Assembly (NCBI RefSeq): GCF_018350175.1
Contig: NC_058383.1
Coordinates: 23,128,001-23,192,000, forward strand
Direction of reading: 5' to 3'
Length of the DNA stretch: 64,000 bases
Source of the DNA: Felis catus
Taxonomy: Eukaryota
Shown: piece by piece, positions 12,951-26,032 of the stretch
Layout: every line of letters begins with the position of its first letter
Numbering within the stretch: the first letter of the stretch is position 1
Made by a program: the position numbers and the translations under genes
Notes under the pieces: generated by a model
Told to the model about the DNA's origin: nothing
Database searches by the model: none
Seen by the model: the letters and a program-made list of their open reading frames with translations, nothing else

Positions 12951-13017
12951 GAAACTTTCTGCTGGACTCGATTTTTCTTAGTCCTGCTTTTCTTGCTGTT
13001 AGCTCTTCTCGTGGCCA

Positions 13018-13146
13018 GGATGACCAGTCACTCCAGCTTGCCTGAGACAGTCCCAATGTTTGCCTGATGTTCAGCATAATTACTAACAGCATCTCCTTTT
13101 ACTCTCAAAGTGTGCCAATTTGGATGATTAATTATGTGGTCACCCT
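13018..13146 (-). mobile_element. hAT-Blackjack MITE MER94
   Basis: aggatgacca...tcaaagtgtgccaatttggatgattaattatgtggtcaccct. Confidence 0.75.
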
Positions 13147-13944
13147 CTGTGTGGACCTCAGCAGCTCCAGGCCTGCATCCTTCCAGCTTTCAGGCCAAGA
13201 CGTAGGAGAGGTCCTTGTTTCTCAACAGTTCTGATAAAAGTCCCTGCACTGAGTCTGACTGGCTCTGATTGAGTCTGGTGACCAATCTGGGACCAATAGT
13301 GTGGGGCATATTGCGTTCTCATTGGCTACATCTGGGCCACTCACCACTGGCTTCAGGACTGGAACTGACTCTACCCAAACAACACTAGAAAGGCAGGGGG
13401 TGGGGCGGGCAGGCGCTTATTTTTCAGTCTGATTTGAAGGTGGAGTAGATACCAGGAAGACAAAAACACAGATGTCAACCAGATGGGAACAGAGTCAGTT
13501 TTCAAATGATTTACCTTCCAGCTCCTAAAATTAGAATGGGTGTAAGATTGCACACATAATACATTGTTCTCCCTCCCTTGCATCATAGTTAGTGTGTTAA
13601 GAATCACACGTAACCTGCGGACTATCTTGTCTTGGTCATAGTTCATAGTGATGGATTGTTGCCGTGGTGTTGTTTTCTTAACTGTGATAGTTGGGAATTA
13701 TTGGACTGCCTACAAGTTGTGATTTATAGTTGCATCAAGTTTCTCTTACATTTTGCCCATGTGCAGAGTAGAAATTTTGCTGTGTCCACAGAGGTGTATC
13801 ATGAATTCCATCTGTTAGTGTTTCAGTTGTGGGGAATGGGTGAGAACCATCATTTCAGTGGACAGATGGCCATTCTCTGTAACCAGGCAGGGCAGGCATA
13901 GTCCTCAGTGTGCTGAGTTCTTGGCAAGTCCCATCCACTTGGGC

Positions 13945-14170
13945 AGTGGATATAAGCATTGGCTAAGGTCACAAGCTCAGAGGGACCTCAGGGCTACTGA
14001 AGTGGTGAGACCTCGGGCAAGTTTCTCAATCTCTCTGAGAATAAATGAGACTAATAATCCTGCCTCCCTCAGAACATTGTTTAAGGATTAAATAAAGTAA
14101 TACATAGGATGTGCTTAGTGGAGAGTAGCACATAGTAAGAGCTCAATAAATATTTGCTGTTACTTTTATT
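13945..14170 (+). mobile_element. MIR
   Basis: acctcgggcaagtttctcaatctctctgag...gtttaaggattaaataaagtaatac...gctcaataaa. Confidence 0.7.
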
Positions 14171-14233
14171 ATTTTAGTATACCTCCAGAGGCCTGCCCAC
14201 AAGAAGTCAGCATTGCAACCCAAATGCCTTTGG

Positions 14234-14413
14234 ATAGTGCAACTCAAGGTGTGGCCCAAAGCTCTGCAGCAGCCACAGCAGGAGTTGGGAGCTTGTTAGA
14301 AATGCAGGCTCCTGGGCCCACCTCTCACCTTCCAAATCAAAATCTCTGGGGTTGGGGTTGCAGTTTAACAAGCTCTCCTGTGATTTGCCTACATGCAAAG
14401 TTGAGAACTACTG
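14234..14413. mobile_element. hAT-Charlie MITE MER5A-like
   Basis: gggagcttgttagaaatgcag...tttaacaagctctcctgtgatt...agttgagaactactg. Confidence 0.75.
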
Positions 14414-14709
14414 CCTTTAAACGTCTTTGCATTAATCCTAGCTCCCAATGGCGATGATTCCAAGCCATAGCCTTGCTGCTGTGAGAAATGAGGCGAGGAG
14501 AGAAGATAAAGCAGAAGCAGTGAGGTTTCAGGAGGGAGGCATCGGTCCCTGGGAATACACTCTAGCCATTGGGACCCAGACACTGACTGGATGCAGGAGG
14601 ATCTTCCCCTAAGAGCGAGCAGAACCCTGAGACCACACCTGTTTGTTATACTTTAAAATGCAAAGAAGGAGGGTGGTTGGCTAGTTAAGGAAGCTGTTAC
14701 TTTGCAAAA

Positions 14710-16010
14710 GTCTTTCTCTCCTTTTCTGACTTCCTTGACTATTCTGAGCTCCCTTGATTGTCCTTGATCCTGAAGTCCCCATTTTGCACTTCCTTTCTTC
14801 CCAGCCTTTAAATACTGTTCTCTAGGACTCCATTCTCAGCCCTGTCCTGTGTGAGCTCACTCATGCCTATAGCTTCAACCACCACAAGTCTATGGAGCCC
14901 TTACTTCTCTCTCTCTGGAACTCCAGGTTAAGTGCTTTTAATTGTCAACAGAACTTTCCACCAGCCGGCCACTCAGTCACCTCCCGCTTAAAATGCTCAA
15001 TGCAGACTCAATTGCTTTCCCCTTTCAAACATGATTTTCTGTCTTCCTTGTCCAGTTGAATGCCTCCTTCCACTGCTCCTTCCCACCCATACACACCTTA
15101 CAGCCCAACTGCATTAGACAAGTAGGAGATTCTCAGATGTGCCGATTCTCCTATCTCAATGGCTTCCATATTACCTCTGCCTGGAATCCTTTTCATCTAA
15201 TGTCTACCTATAAATTGCCCACTCATCATCCTTCCTTCTAGAAAATGGCACCATAGCCATCCAGTTACTGAAGCCCCAAATCTGGGAGTCATCCTTGACC
15301 ACCTTGCTTCTTCTTATCTAGCGGGATATTAGCAAATCTTGCTGTCTGTCTTTAATCTATGTCCAGGATCTGTCCAGTCCTTTCTGTCCCCTCTGCCAAC
15401 TCCTCAGTCCAAGTCGCTATCCCCTCTGCCCTGTGCAGTGATGCAACTTCCTCACAGTCTTCCTGCCTCCAAGTTTGCACTTAACAACCAGAACCATCTT
15501 TCTAAACTGCAGAAAATATCACTCCCAGCTTTAAATCTGCCAGTGCCTTTCCATCTTTCCTATAATAAAATCCAAACACCTAATCTTCAAGGCCTTACAT
15601 GATCTGCACCACCCCTTGATCTGCCCCAGCCTTTCTCCCAATTCTCATTTTGTCATATGGTTCTTCATTCTGTTCCTTAAACACACCCATCTCATTGCCA
15701 CCTCAGGGCCTTTGCACTTGCCATTTCCTCCATCTGGACTCTCTTCCCTCAAATATGCACATGGCTTACCCATTCAACATTTTGGGGAGAGACCACCTAC
15801 CCAAAGGAGCCCTTCTCTGTCACTCCATTCATAGGATTAGCAGCCATCATTTTATTTTCTTCTTAGCATTTGTCACTGGCTAAAAATATCTTGTTTGTTT
15901 ACTTGCATGGGAGAGACACCAGGTATGTCTTGTTAGCTGCTATATCCACACTGCCTAGAACAATGCCAGGTCAGAACAGGTATTCAATAAGCATTAGTTG
16001 GATAAATGTC
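14710..16010 (+). mobile_element. L2 3' region (fragments)
   Basis: ctgggagtcatccttgac; acctcagggcctttgcacttgcc; terminal tattcaataagcattagttggataaat. Confidence 0.7.
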
Positions 16011-17736
16011 TAAAATGCCTTTCCAAATCAGTTGTTAGCTGACTGCAACTAACACTCCTGGCAGCTGGGGGAATGAAGGCATAGAGGGAAGATGTGGGTG
16101 GCCCACATGGCATCCACTACCCACCCCTTGAGTAACATTTAGCAGAATCTGCTCTATATCACTTATTTGTATATTTCTGCCTCTCTCTCTCAACTTATTT
16201 GGCCCCTGGAGGGCCAGAACTAGGATTTTCCCATTTGTCTGTCCCCCATAATGATCAACACATGTGTTTAGTAGATGGTATTTGAATTGAATTTATCAGG
16301 AAAAAATCATACCTAAGAATTTTCTTTATTTGGGAAATTCTCAATGTAGACTCCACAAAAGGGTTAGTGGAAACACTTTTGGGGTTGGAAAGGGGAGGTT
16401 ATAGGCAGGGTCCCCAAAATGGAGGCATGGGAACTGAGTAAGTTCTACTAATAAGTTTCAAGGATTCTTAGCCATTGGGTTCCCTCCTCTCCTTAAAAAG
16501 CAGAACAGAAGTGAGTGCTGAGCATCACAGATCTGGACTCCTGGCACATAATACTCTAATGTGGGAATATTTTTATAAAATGGAAATTTGTTGGGAAATT
16601 CAATATATTTTGCTGCATTCCTTCCAGACACAATACCTAGAATACATGGGCTGGAGGAAGGAACCAGAAGGAAGAGGAATAATTGAGAAAAATAATGGGT
16701 TTCAAACTAGAGTTCAACCCTAGTTAGTAAAAAATGTGATGTTTCTTTCTAAGGGATGAATAATTGAACAGAATAAGACAGGGGATGCCAAACATAAGGC
16801 TCTTGACAAGGATTATCAATTTAGGGTTGAACCATATCAAATCTATCCTGGTGCCAGACTCTCCACCCAGCTGGAATGGCTTATATCTCTCCCACTCCTT
16901 GTTTCTTAGACTCACAGCTGTTGGGGTTTTACCAGTCCTATCCCAGCTGGATGAAGACAGAGGTGACAGGGCAGTGGCAGGAAGGGTCCCATTGATTTAG
17001 GAAATGGAGGAGCAGTTGGAGTGGAGAGAGGAAATAACCTACTTATCTGTGACACAATTCTGTGACTGCGTCCCTTTGGACTCCAGGGTTAAACACAGAA
17101 AAGTAGAGACCAGAACGGATCACAACACCTTCGAAGTTTTATTCATGTCATGATACTTTCTATACCATGAGACTAAGACTATGATGTTCCCAGCAAACTC
17201 AAAGGAGTTATGTGTATTTGAACAGTGTTTAATAAGTCACCAACCAATTCAGCCATTCCTCACATTGTTTTGCTAACCTACCTTCCATGTTAAATGGCAG
17301 GAAGGTACCCCATTCATTAAAACAGGTAGCTTAAGTAAACTTCATGTGCATTATGGCTTTGGGTGGTTTCTCTGTATTTCCCATTTTTGAGATCTTAGTG
17401 ACTTATGACATTCATCATATGCTGAGTATGGTGGACAGTTGACTAGAATGCTCCAGGGTTTGTTCAGCTGCCTATCCCACTAATCTCACCATAGCTAGCA
17501 TTAAGCAACCAAATACTCAAAGTGGAGTCTGGCCAGATTATGAAGATGGACAATTAGGATGACTGGGCAGGCACTAAGTGTCCCAGGGCAGGGCAGGCTC
17601 AGTGGGCCCTAGTGTGTGTCCTGGGGCATCTCACATTGAAGTCTTGGGGCCCTACAGGTAGGCAGAGCCCAGTGGTGATAGAGACAGATATGGTGATACA
17701 TTTGGAAGGCAGGTGAGTCTTGTCAGAGAGACTTTC

Positions 17737-18080
17737 TGATATGGGTTGAATTCTGTCCCTAAAATTTAATTGAATTCAACCCCAAAAGGGCAGGTTGAAG
17801 TCTTAACCCCCGGTACTTCAGAGTATGACCTTATTTTGAAACAGGGTCTTTACAGAGGTAATTATCAGGTGGGTTCTAATCCAGGATGACTGATGTCCTT
17901 ATAAAAAGGGGCAATTTGGACACAGAGACAGACATACTCAGAGGGAAGATGATGATAAGACACACAGGGAAAAGGTAGTTTTGGGACTAGAGGGATGCAT
18001 CTATAGGCCAAAGAATGGCAAGGAACACCAGAACATCAGAAACTAGGTGAGGCTGGGAAGAATTCTCCTGTAGAGCCTCT
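17737..18080 (+). mobile_element. MaLR LTR MLT1B/C-like, 3'-truncated
   Basis: gttgaagtcttaacccccggtacttcagagtatgaccttattttgaaacagggtctttacag; aatttggacacagagacagac. Confidence 0.8.
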
Positions 18081-19297
18081 TTCTTTTTGCTTAGTTTTTC
18101 TATGAACTACTTGAGGATAGAGTCCAAGCTTGGTTTACATTTTTAGTCTCTGTGCCTGATCGAGTGCTGCTACAAAAATAGATGCTCCAAAAAAAAAAAA
18201 AAGTTTGTGGTTGCATGGATTATTATTATGGCTACCATGGGAATAAATTATTTTTGTATTTGTGGCCCTGGAGAAGAGTGGTTTTAGTATGCTTTTTTCC
18301 TTATACATGGGGAGGGCGAGCTGCCAAGGATTGCCCATATCTGTGGGAAGAACTGATACACAGTCTCTGAATGGAGATTTTGGAGCTCTTTGGAAGTCAA
18401 CCACTGAACAACGATTTACTCCAGAAGTGAATACTGAGTGGGAGGGAGAAAGTGTAGCAAAGATCTGGACTGGCCAAATGAGGTTGGTGTTCACCAACTT
18501 GTGTGTTAGCTGGTGGAACTACCAGGACCCTCCCCTGCTTAGTCAGTGAGCCACCTGGCCCTCAGGGCCATATGGAGAAGTGTAGAGACCACTCTGGCTT
18601 AAAGAATTTTAGCAAACTTTACGGGCCTCATGCTGCCACCTGGCATCATGGAAATAGGACATGCAATTGGGCAGGCCTGGGATGCATATCCAATAGAACT
18701 TGTGTAAAGCTAACTATCATTTTTGCATAGAAATAGTGTTCACAATTCTCTCCAGCCCTCCCCACCATCTCCTACAGCCCACGTCCCATGAAATGTGGCA
18801 GGAGAGACATGAGAAGCAAGATTACTAAGGAAAACTTCTAAGTTGGAGATGTTCCTCCTTAGCACCTCACTGGGGAAACTGTCACTCTGTGCACCCTAGG
18901 AACCCCCTGACATCCAGTGTGCTGCTGAGTGATCAGGCTGATCTGGGCACCGAGGGGATGCTTGGGCTCATACATTCCCTCCCTTTGGCATTTGCATATT
19001 GTTTTTGCCTTTTCCCCAAGACTCTTGGAATTTTGATGAATTTCTTATCAAACTGAATGACTTATTTAGATTACACAGAACTTCATTTGTACCATGTCAA
19101 AGAATGTTCCTCCCTAGTCCATTTTTCTTTTTCTTAGAGAGTGCCAAAGGAGATGAAAAAAATTAGCATACTGAATTTCCAGTGCCACCCCCCCACCAAA
19201 AAAAGACAAGGATATCTAAATGCTCAAAAAAGAGATTTCCCACAGGTTAGATGAAGAAAACACCCCTTCCTAATTTCTTAGTGCCTGGCAGATATTT

Positions 19298-19878
19298 GTA
19301 TCAGGCAGAAGTTTTGATTTAAGCAATGGAAAAATGATTTATTAGCTTATGAACAGTAAAGGTCAGGGTTATGGTTAGCTCTAGACATGGCTGGATGCAG
19401 GAGTTCAGACAAAAGTCATCAGGACTTGTCTCTGTGTCTTGGCTGTGCTGGACTATCGAGGTTGGTTTTATTCTTAAGCTGTCCCCCTTCAAGTGGTGGC
19501 CAGGATGGCCCCTCTGTGTCTCTAGACTACAACTAGCTTGCATATCTAGGAGAAAGAGAAAAACTTGTGCCTAATCATCCCAGCCAAAGCCCTAGGGATG
19601 ACACTTGTTGGCTCTGAGTGGTGCAGCATGGGCCTTCTGCTCACCTCTGAACCCATCACTGTGGACAAGGACATAGAGTGCCCTCATTGACCAGGCCTGG
19701 CTTACTTGCCCATCCCTGGAGCAAAGGAATGGGCTATGTACCCCCTTACCCTCAGGGATTTATAGGTTGATGGGGAGCAGAGGGAAAGTGGTTCTACAAA
19801 AGAAAACCATGGTGCTTTTGTCAAAACAGAAGCAACGGTATGCCAGACAGAAAAACCTGGCCATCGCCCTATTCCACA
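19298..19878 (-). mobile_element. MaLR LTR MLT1K-like
   Basis: catggctggatgcaggagttcagac; ctgaacccatcactgtgg; cattgaccaggcctgg. Confidence 0.65.
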
Positions 19879-21441
19879 TACCTCCAACAAGACATAGAAT
19901 AGCCTGTTTTTGTCATATAGCAAAGTTGGGGCTGTAGCCTACCAAAGACTTGCTTGGCCATCCTTTTGCTGTTACTGAACAATTTCTTCCCTTCAGCTAC
20001 TATTCTAGATACAATAATGAGACATAGGAGGAGCTCCCCATCTTCCCAGAAGATGCTTCCATTTACCCTTCTTTCCATTTGATTCCTTTCATTACTTAAT
20101 AACCCAAAGGGACATGACTGGCAGCTATGGAACACAGCTATTACTCTGCTTGGCCTTGGGAATGCCAGTCTGATCACTACACCATCCTCATCATTAGCAC
20201 ATCCAAACAGGGTTCCCTCCTTTTAAAAGGAGACACAAGGCAGCTTTTGTCTACACCTTGGAGTGTAATGCAGTGTGAGTCTTGGAGCAGTGTTGGGTCC
20301 CCTAGTGACACTTCTGGCCCCAGAAACCTCTCTGACTAAGCAAGCCTGGAAATGTAGTATTAATATGAAAGTGAGCACCCAAGGTGGGGGCGAGAGATCA
20401 GAGGAGTGATGGCCACACAGTGGCCAAGAGACTCTGAGAGCCCGGGTATGTGGTAGCTGGTGGAGAAGGGCTGATTCTAGCCTGTGCCCACAGGGAGATG
20501 GATATTTTTAAGCTGGGCAACACAATGCAAAGTCTGTGCTGGGAAACGGGCTTGATTCCTGGGAGTTCCTGGGTCTCTCTGCCTACTGAAGAGGATACTC
20601 TTTGGCCTGGCTGGGGGCAGGGGCGTGCTGGGTCATCTCATTTCATCCCCACCATTTCTGTCAGCCCCACTCAAGCCACATGGACTGAGAGAGGGGGTGG
20701 GGTGATTTACCCAAAGGAAAACGATGGTGATTTTATCCAGAAAGGGGAGAAGCATTGCCAGGAAAGCATGAGATGTCCACTGGTGCCTAAGAGTGCAGGA
20801 CTTCTCTAATGACAGTTGTGCTCTGTGATAATGACAATGATGCATGGTCAAGGATAGCCTGTAAAGCCCCCATAATTGGGAGTATCCACAACTGCATCCA
20901 GGTGGAACTGTAAATGGAGTAAGAGGCCCATGTCAGTGGTGGCGGCCAGTGTGCACTGGCGTCACTGACCTAGTAAGGCTAGGCGCTGTTCTCAGCCCCC
21001 ACCCCCACCGCCCCCATGTAATTCTCTCAGCAATCTTTGGACCAGCTACTGCTAGCCCTGTTTTGCAGTTGAGGAGCCCAAGGCCAAGAGGCATTATTCA
21101 AGGTGACAAGCAGCAGCAGAGCTGGGATCTGGGCCCAGGGCTCTTTGTTTTAGGGGGTCTGAACTCACCAGGATTTTCTACACTGAACAGGAGCTCACTC
21201 TGGGTAAGGGGGAAGGGTGGTACATGAGACAGGGTCCATTCACCCAAGTTCCCAGGAGAAGAGAAAAGGGAGGGAGAGCAGAGGGGCCCTGGGCACCCAC
21301 CACCCATCTAAGGAAATCCACTCAGACCAATGAAAGAAGCCTCTCAGAATGGCAATGGCAGTTCTCAGCCAGAACCAGGCTGTGGCTCTCCACCTCAATC
21401 GGTGGTCCCTGGGCTTTGAGAGGCTTAGGTTTCTTTAGGGA

Positions 21442-21635
21442 AGGGCTGGGCAAACTTTTCCTGTAAAGGACCAGGTAGTAAATATTTTAGGCTTTGGGGC
21501 CATAAGGTCTAACAAATTTACTCTGCTTAGCTGAAAGCAGCCCTGGACGGTATGCAAATGAATGGGCATGGGTGTGGCCGTATGCCAATAAAACTTTACT
21601 TACAAAAACAAGTCTGTAACAGGCTATAGTTTGCT
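21442..21635 (+). mobile_element. MER58A
   Basis: ggcaaacttttcctgtaaaggaccaggtagtaaatattttaggctttg...ccaataaaactttacttacaaaaaca. Confidence 0.85.
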
Positions 21636-21949
21636 TTAGGGGCACTTGGAGGGACAGATGACTAGTGCCCAGGCTAGACTGCAGGAAGGGGGGGCTCTTG
21701 CCACAGAATCAACACTTCTGGGGGAACTTCTTCCTAATAAACTTCACCCAACCCAGACCTCTTAGCCCTGAGCCTCAGTGGAAGGGCCTCAGCAGCCCCT
21801 GCATTGTCCCCTCTCTGACAAGTGAAAGATAAACAGTCATCAGCCTATAGGGTCATGTGCAGGAACTCCATACGCTGATGGAGAAATTGTCCAGCAAGTA
21901 TAATAACTTTCTTTATTCATCTTCCCTCTATCTTGTTACTGCTGCATTA

Positions 21950-22394
21950 TCTTGTGACTTCTCAGCTGGGACCTCTCCCATGGCCTTATATCACCCAGAA
22001 TATAAGCCAACATCCTTGTGATGGCCTGAAAAGCCCAGCAGTTTCTGGGCCCAGATGCCTCTTGGGCAGCATCTCCTACCCCTCTCCCCCTCGTTCCCTC
22101 CAGTGACACTGGCCTCCCTGTCACTCCTTAAACATACCAGGCACACTGTCACCTCAGGACCTTTGTACTGACTGTTGCTTCTGCCTTGGATTCTTTCCCC
22201 CATTTATCTGTATAACTAGCTCACTCATCACCTCTGTCAGTTCTATGCTTATATGTCACCTTTCCATCACAGCTTTCTGTGGCTACCTCATTTGAAACTG
22301 CAACCTTCCCTTCCCACTTCCTCACAAGCCTTATTCCCTTTTCCTGATGTATTGTTCTCTATCACAGGTTGCATCATCTGATAGTCTCTGTATT

Positions 22395-22433
<39 letters not shown>

Positions 22434-22820
22434 TGTATTCAATGTTTATTTATTTTTGAGAGAGAGTGCAAGCAGGAGGGAGGGGGCAGAGAGAGAGGTG
22501 GGGGGTAGATAGAGGGTCTGAAGCGGGCTCTGTACTGACAGCAGAGAGCCCAACACGGGCTTGAACTTACAAACCATGAGATCATGACCTGCACTGAAAC
22601 CAAGAGTTGGACATTCAACCAACTGAACCAGCCTGGTACCTCTCTATGCATTTTAATTATTTATGTGTTTATTGTCTGTCACCCTCCATTAAAATATAGG
22701 GCAGGGAGATCTCTCCCCAAGCAGGCAGAGATTCTATTTTATTCAATGCTCTATCTCTAACACCTGGAATAGAACCTGGCACATAGTATAGTATATATTT
22801 AATAAACATTTATTGAATCT
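21950..22820 (+). mobile_element. L2a 3' end, split by a SINE
   Basis: cactggcctccctgtcactccttaaacataccaggcac; terminal cctggcacatagta...aataaacatttattgaat. Confidence 0.75.
22395..22641 (-). mobile_element. Can-SINE with an expanded (ttta)n tail
   Basis: (ttta)n, aatgtttatttatttttgagagag ... gagatcatgacctg ... aactgaaccagcc. Confidence 0.9.
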
Positions 22821-22959
22821 TGCTGTTTGATATAAATTAATCACACAGCTCTTATGAATTCCATTACGTGGTTATATCCTCATTTATTTAACTGACTTCC
22901 TTTTGATGGATGGCGTCTACTAGTTCCAATGTTTTGTTATTGAAAATAGTGCTGCAAAA

Positions 22960-23690
22960 TCTAGACTGAGAAAAAGTCTACAGACAAATGACATGGTTTC
23001 TTCAAAAAAGAAATTGCAAGGAAAATGAGAGAGAAATGGGGTGGGTGGGGGACGAGGAGGGCCTGAAGACTAAAAGAAATGAGAAACAGGTCAGTAAATA
23101 GCAGTTTGTGAACCTTTGTGGATCCTGATTCAAATAAACAAACCCTTAAAAAACATATTTTTGACATTCATGGTACAACTGGAAATCTGAACCCTGGATA
23201 TTTAGTGATATCAGGACAACACTGTTAATTTTGTTGGGATATGATAATGGTACTGTGGCTGTTAAAAGAATGAAGTCTTCACCTTTTGAGATACTTCATG
23301 AAATATTTGCAGATGAAATGATTTGATGTCTGAGGTATACTTACCAATAAGACAGGGATGGGAGAAGCAAGAAGGATAGAGATAAGACAAGCTGGCCATG
23401 TATTGATAATTGTTGAAGTTGGAAGGTTCATGGGGGTTTATTGTTCTGCCTTGTCTACATTAGTATATGTCTGAATTTTCCATAATAAAAAAATAAAATA
23501 TAGTGCTATAAAATCTAGTGTGTGGGGTGGGTTGGAGTAGGTGGGTTTTGGATTAAATAAATTGTCTATGAGTTGGATCATTGTTAAAGATGGATGCTGT
23601 GTACATGGGGGTTGTCTATACCATCCTCTCTCTGTCTATATATGCTTCACATTTTCCATAATGGAAAATCAAACAATTGCACTGCAGCTA
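22960..23690 (+). mobile_element. Old L1 (L1MC4/L1ME-like) 3' fragments
   Basis: tggtttcttcaaaaaagaaattgcaagg; gataattgttgaagttgg; attttccataataaaaa. Confidence 0.65.
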
Positions 23691-23834
23691 ACATCCTGTT
23701 GCAAGCCTCTTAAGTCCTGCCTGGTTTCAGTCTCCTTAATTCTTGATGTAGCTTATTCCAGAGATGCTACCAGTGATATCTTGACCAAACTTTGTTTTTG
23801 CCTTGATATACTAAAACTGTTAGCAAAAAACCTA

Positions 23835-24075
23835 GTTTTTTGAGGGATCATTTACATATCATACACGAAATTCACCTGTTTTAGGTGTGTGATGTAATGC
23901 TTTTTAGTAACTTGGTAGAGCTGTGTACCTATCACCATAAACTAGTTTTAGAAAATTTCCATCACCCAATAAGACTCTTTGAGCCCATTTACACTTAATT
24001 TCCCTTCCTATCCCCAACCCAGACGACCACTAATCTTTCTGTCTCTATAGATTTGCCTTTTCTGGACATTTACCT
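23835..24075 (-). mobile_element. L1M 3' end fragment
   Basis: aaattcacctgttttaggtgtg; accactaatctttctgtctctatagatttgccttttctggacatt. Confidence 0.75.
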
Positions 24076-25249
24076 AAAAAGGGCCCATGCCTGCAATTTT
24101 TGGTATTCTCTTTCCTACTCTATAAAATTCCATCTCTTACTCAAGGATACTTCCTGTTCTGCTATCACTGAACCACTTTTTTGGGGAAGACATATCTTCT
24201 CATTTCTGTTTAGAAATTTAAATGATTCAATTTCCTACATTTGGAGAATTATTGTGTCACAGTGATGGTCTGTGACCTCTACTTTACATAGAAATTAATG
24301 ATATGCTAATAAGGCAGAAATGATCAAGGCTCAGAGAACGTCCTGCAGATTAATGAGCAGCTTAGAAAGTAGGCAGACAAATCCAAATCTAGAGGTCACC
24401 AACCCTGATAAGTAAATTTCCCAATAAATGTTCCCAGGACCATGACAGTTGATAAGGTCCAAGAACCCTCTGGTATTTTTTGCAGTCCCAGGGCTCAATT
24501 TTGCATTAGGTCCGTGTCACAGATATTTGACCCCAGATCCTATGGGGACATCAATATAATCATTGCTGAGCTTTAGTTCCTTACTTACTGAGAGTTTTTA
24601 CATTTTGTGAGCTAGACTTTTCCCAGGATCCAGAATACTGGATGTGGGACCTGATTACCTAGTGATTTAATAGTCTATATCTATTAGATTATTTTAAAAT
24701 CCATGGGGGCCATCCACTTGTTCAATAAATACATATGAAGAAATACCTACTATATGTCAGATGCTGTTCTAGGAGTTGGGGATTAAAAGATAAAGAAAAA
24801 ACTAGTTCTTGTCTTTAGAAACTTCACAGTATAATGATGAAGACAGACATATAGAAATAATGGGAAAAAAACTGAAATATTATATGAAAGTTATAGCATT
24901 AGTATAGAGGGAATCAGCCAGCATTTCTTGGAACTTATGTTTGTTTGACTTGGGTCTTGAGGGGGGAGTAGGAGTTTGCATATGGCAAAAAAGGGCAAGA
25001 ACATTTTAAGAGATGGAACTATAAAAAGCATGAGGTGTAAAATGAGATTCAAAAGCCCAGGGTAACCCCTTTCTTTTATTTTCCATTGAGTATGATTCTA
25101 CTCCTTTCAAAAATCTAAAATGGAACGCCCTTTTTGTTTTGTTTTGTTTTTTAGGTATTAGTATGATTCATCGAGAATTACTGTCAGTTGAGTAGAAAGC
25201 TGGCATGTGGATTTGAAGGATTATCTGGAAAATTAACAGCTCTGTAGCT

Positions 25250-25480
25250 TTGGAGGAGGGTAAAGTTGCAGGCTGTGTTCATCTAGAGGGAAGAGTACCC
25301 TGGGGCCAATGAAGGGAACTGTGTAACATCCTCCATCCTCCAGAAAAGATTTTCTAATGTTATGGTGGCAAAAGGTTTTCTGGGCCATTATATTCCAGAA
25401 GGAGAGCATCTGCATACTTTAGCATCTTCCAAAGGAACATCTGTCCATCCCTGCTTTAGGGATTCATTGAGATGCCTTCC
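25250..25480 (+). mobile_element. L3/CR1 3' fragment (highly diverged)
   Basis: tggaggagggt...ctgtgttcatctagagggaagag...ggccaatgaagggaac and aaagattttctaat resemble the recalled L3 3' region. Confidence 0.45.
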
Positions 25481-25838
25481 TTTTGCTCTTCTGATTCTAA
25501 CTAGACTTATGTAGGACTACCAAATCCGTAGACCTGACTGTATGCACATTTCTTTGTGCATTTTAGACCTTTCTTCTGGGATTCACTTTCTTATCCTCAA
25601 ATATTTCCTTTGTTGGTTCTTTAATGAAGACATCATTTTATTCTATTTGTCATTATGGCATTATTTTGTTGTTGTTAGAGAATGATAGTTTAGCTAGGTA
25701 TATAATTCTAAGTTGACAGTTATTTTAGCACATTGAGATCTTAGTCTATTGCTTACAGATTTCTGTTGAGAAGCCTTGCTACTCAGATTTCTCTTCCTTT
25801 GTCTTTTATTTCTGGCTGCTTTTAATATCTTTATTCTT

Positions 25839-26032
25839 GGAGTGATTGGATGGCTCAGCTGGTTAAGCAACCAGCTCTTGATTTCAGCTCAGGTCATGAT
25901 CTCACAGCCCATGAGTTCTAGTCCTGTGTCAGCCTCCACGCTGACTATGTGGGGCCTGCTTGGGATTATCTCTCTGCCCCTTCCTCCCTCTATCTCTCTC
26001 TATCTTTCAAAATAAATAAACTTAGAAAAAAA
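25839..26032 (+). mobile_element. Can-SINE (older)
   Basis: tggctcagctggttaagc...ctcttgatttcagctcaggtcatgatctcacag; A tail. Confidence 0.85.

Larger units (their letters stand above)
11440..13480 (-). mobile_element. MaLR LTR MLT1K/L-like, split by two L1MC pieces and MER94
   Basis: ttgcaagtgacagaaaaatcaactcag...ggatccaggggctcaaa (11440-11580) resumes at ~12960 with cagcagctccaggc...tgagtctgactggctctgattg. Confidence 0.65.

Noticed and set aside
17250..18740. Possible retroviral env remnant (minus-strand RLHFEYLVA; 120-aa ORF 18135-18497)
   Set aside because: Resemblance to the immunosuppressive domain is too weak, there is no CX6CC motif, and stops are frequent.
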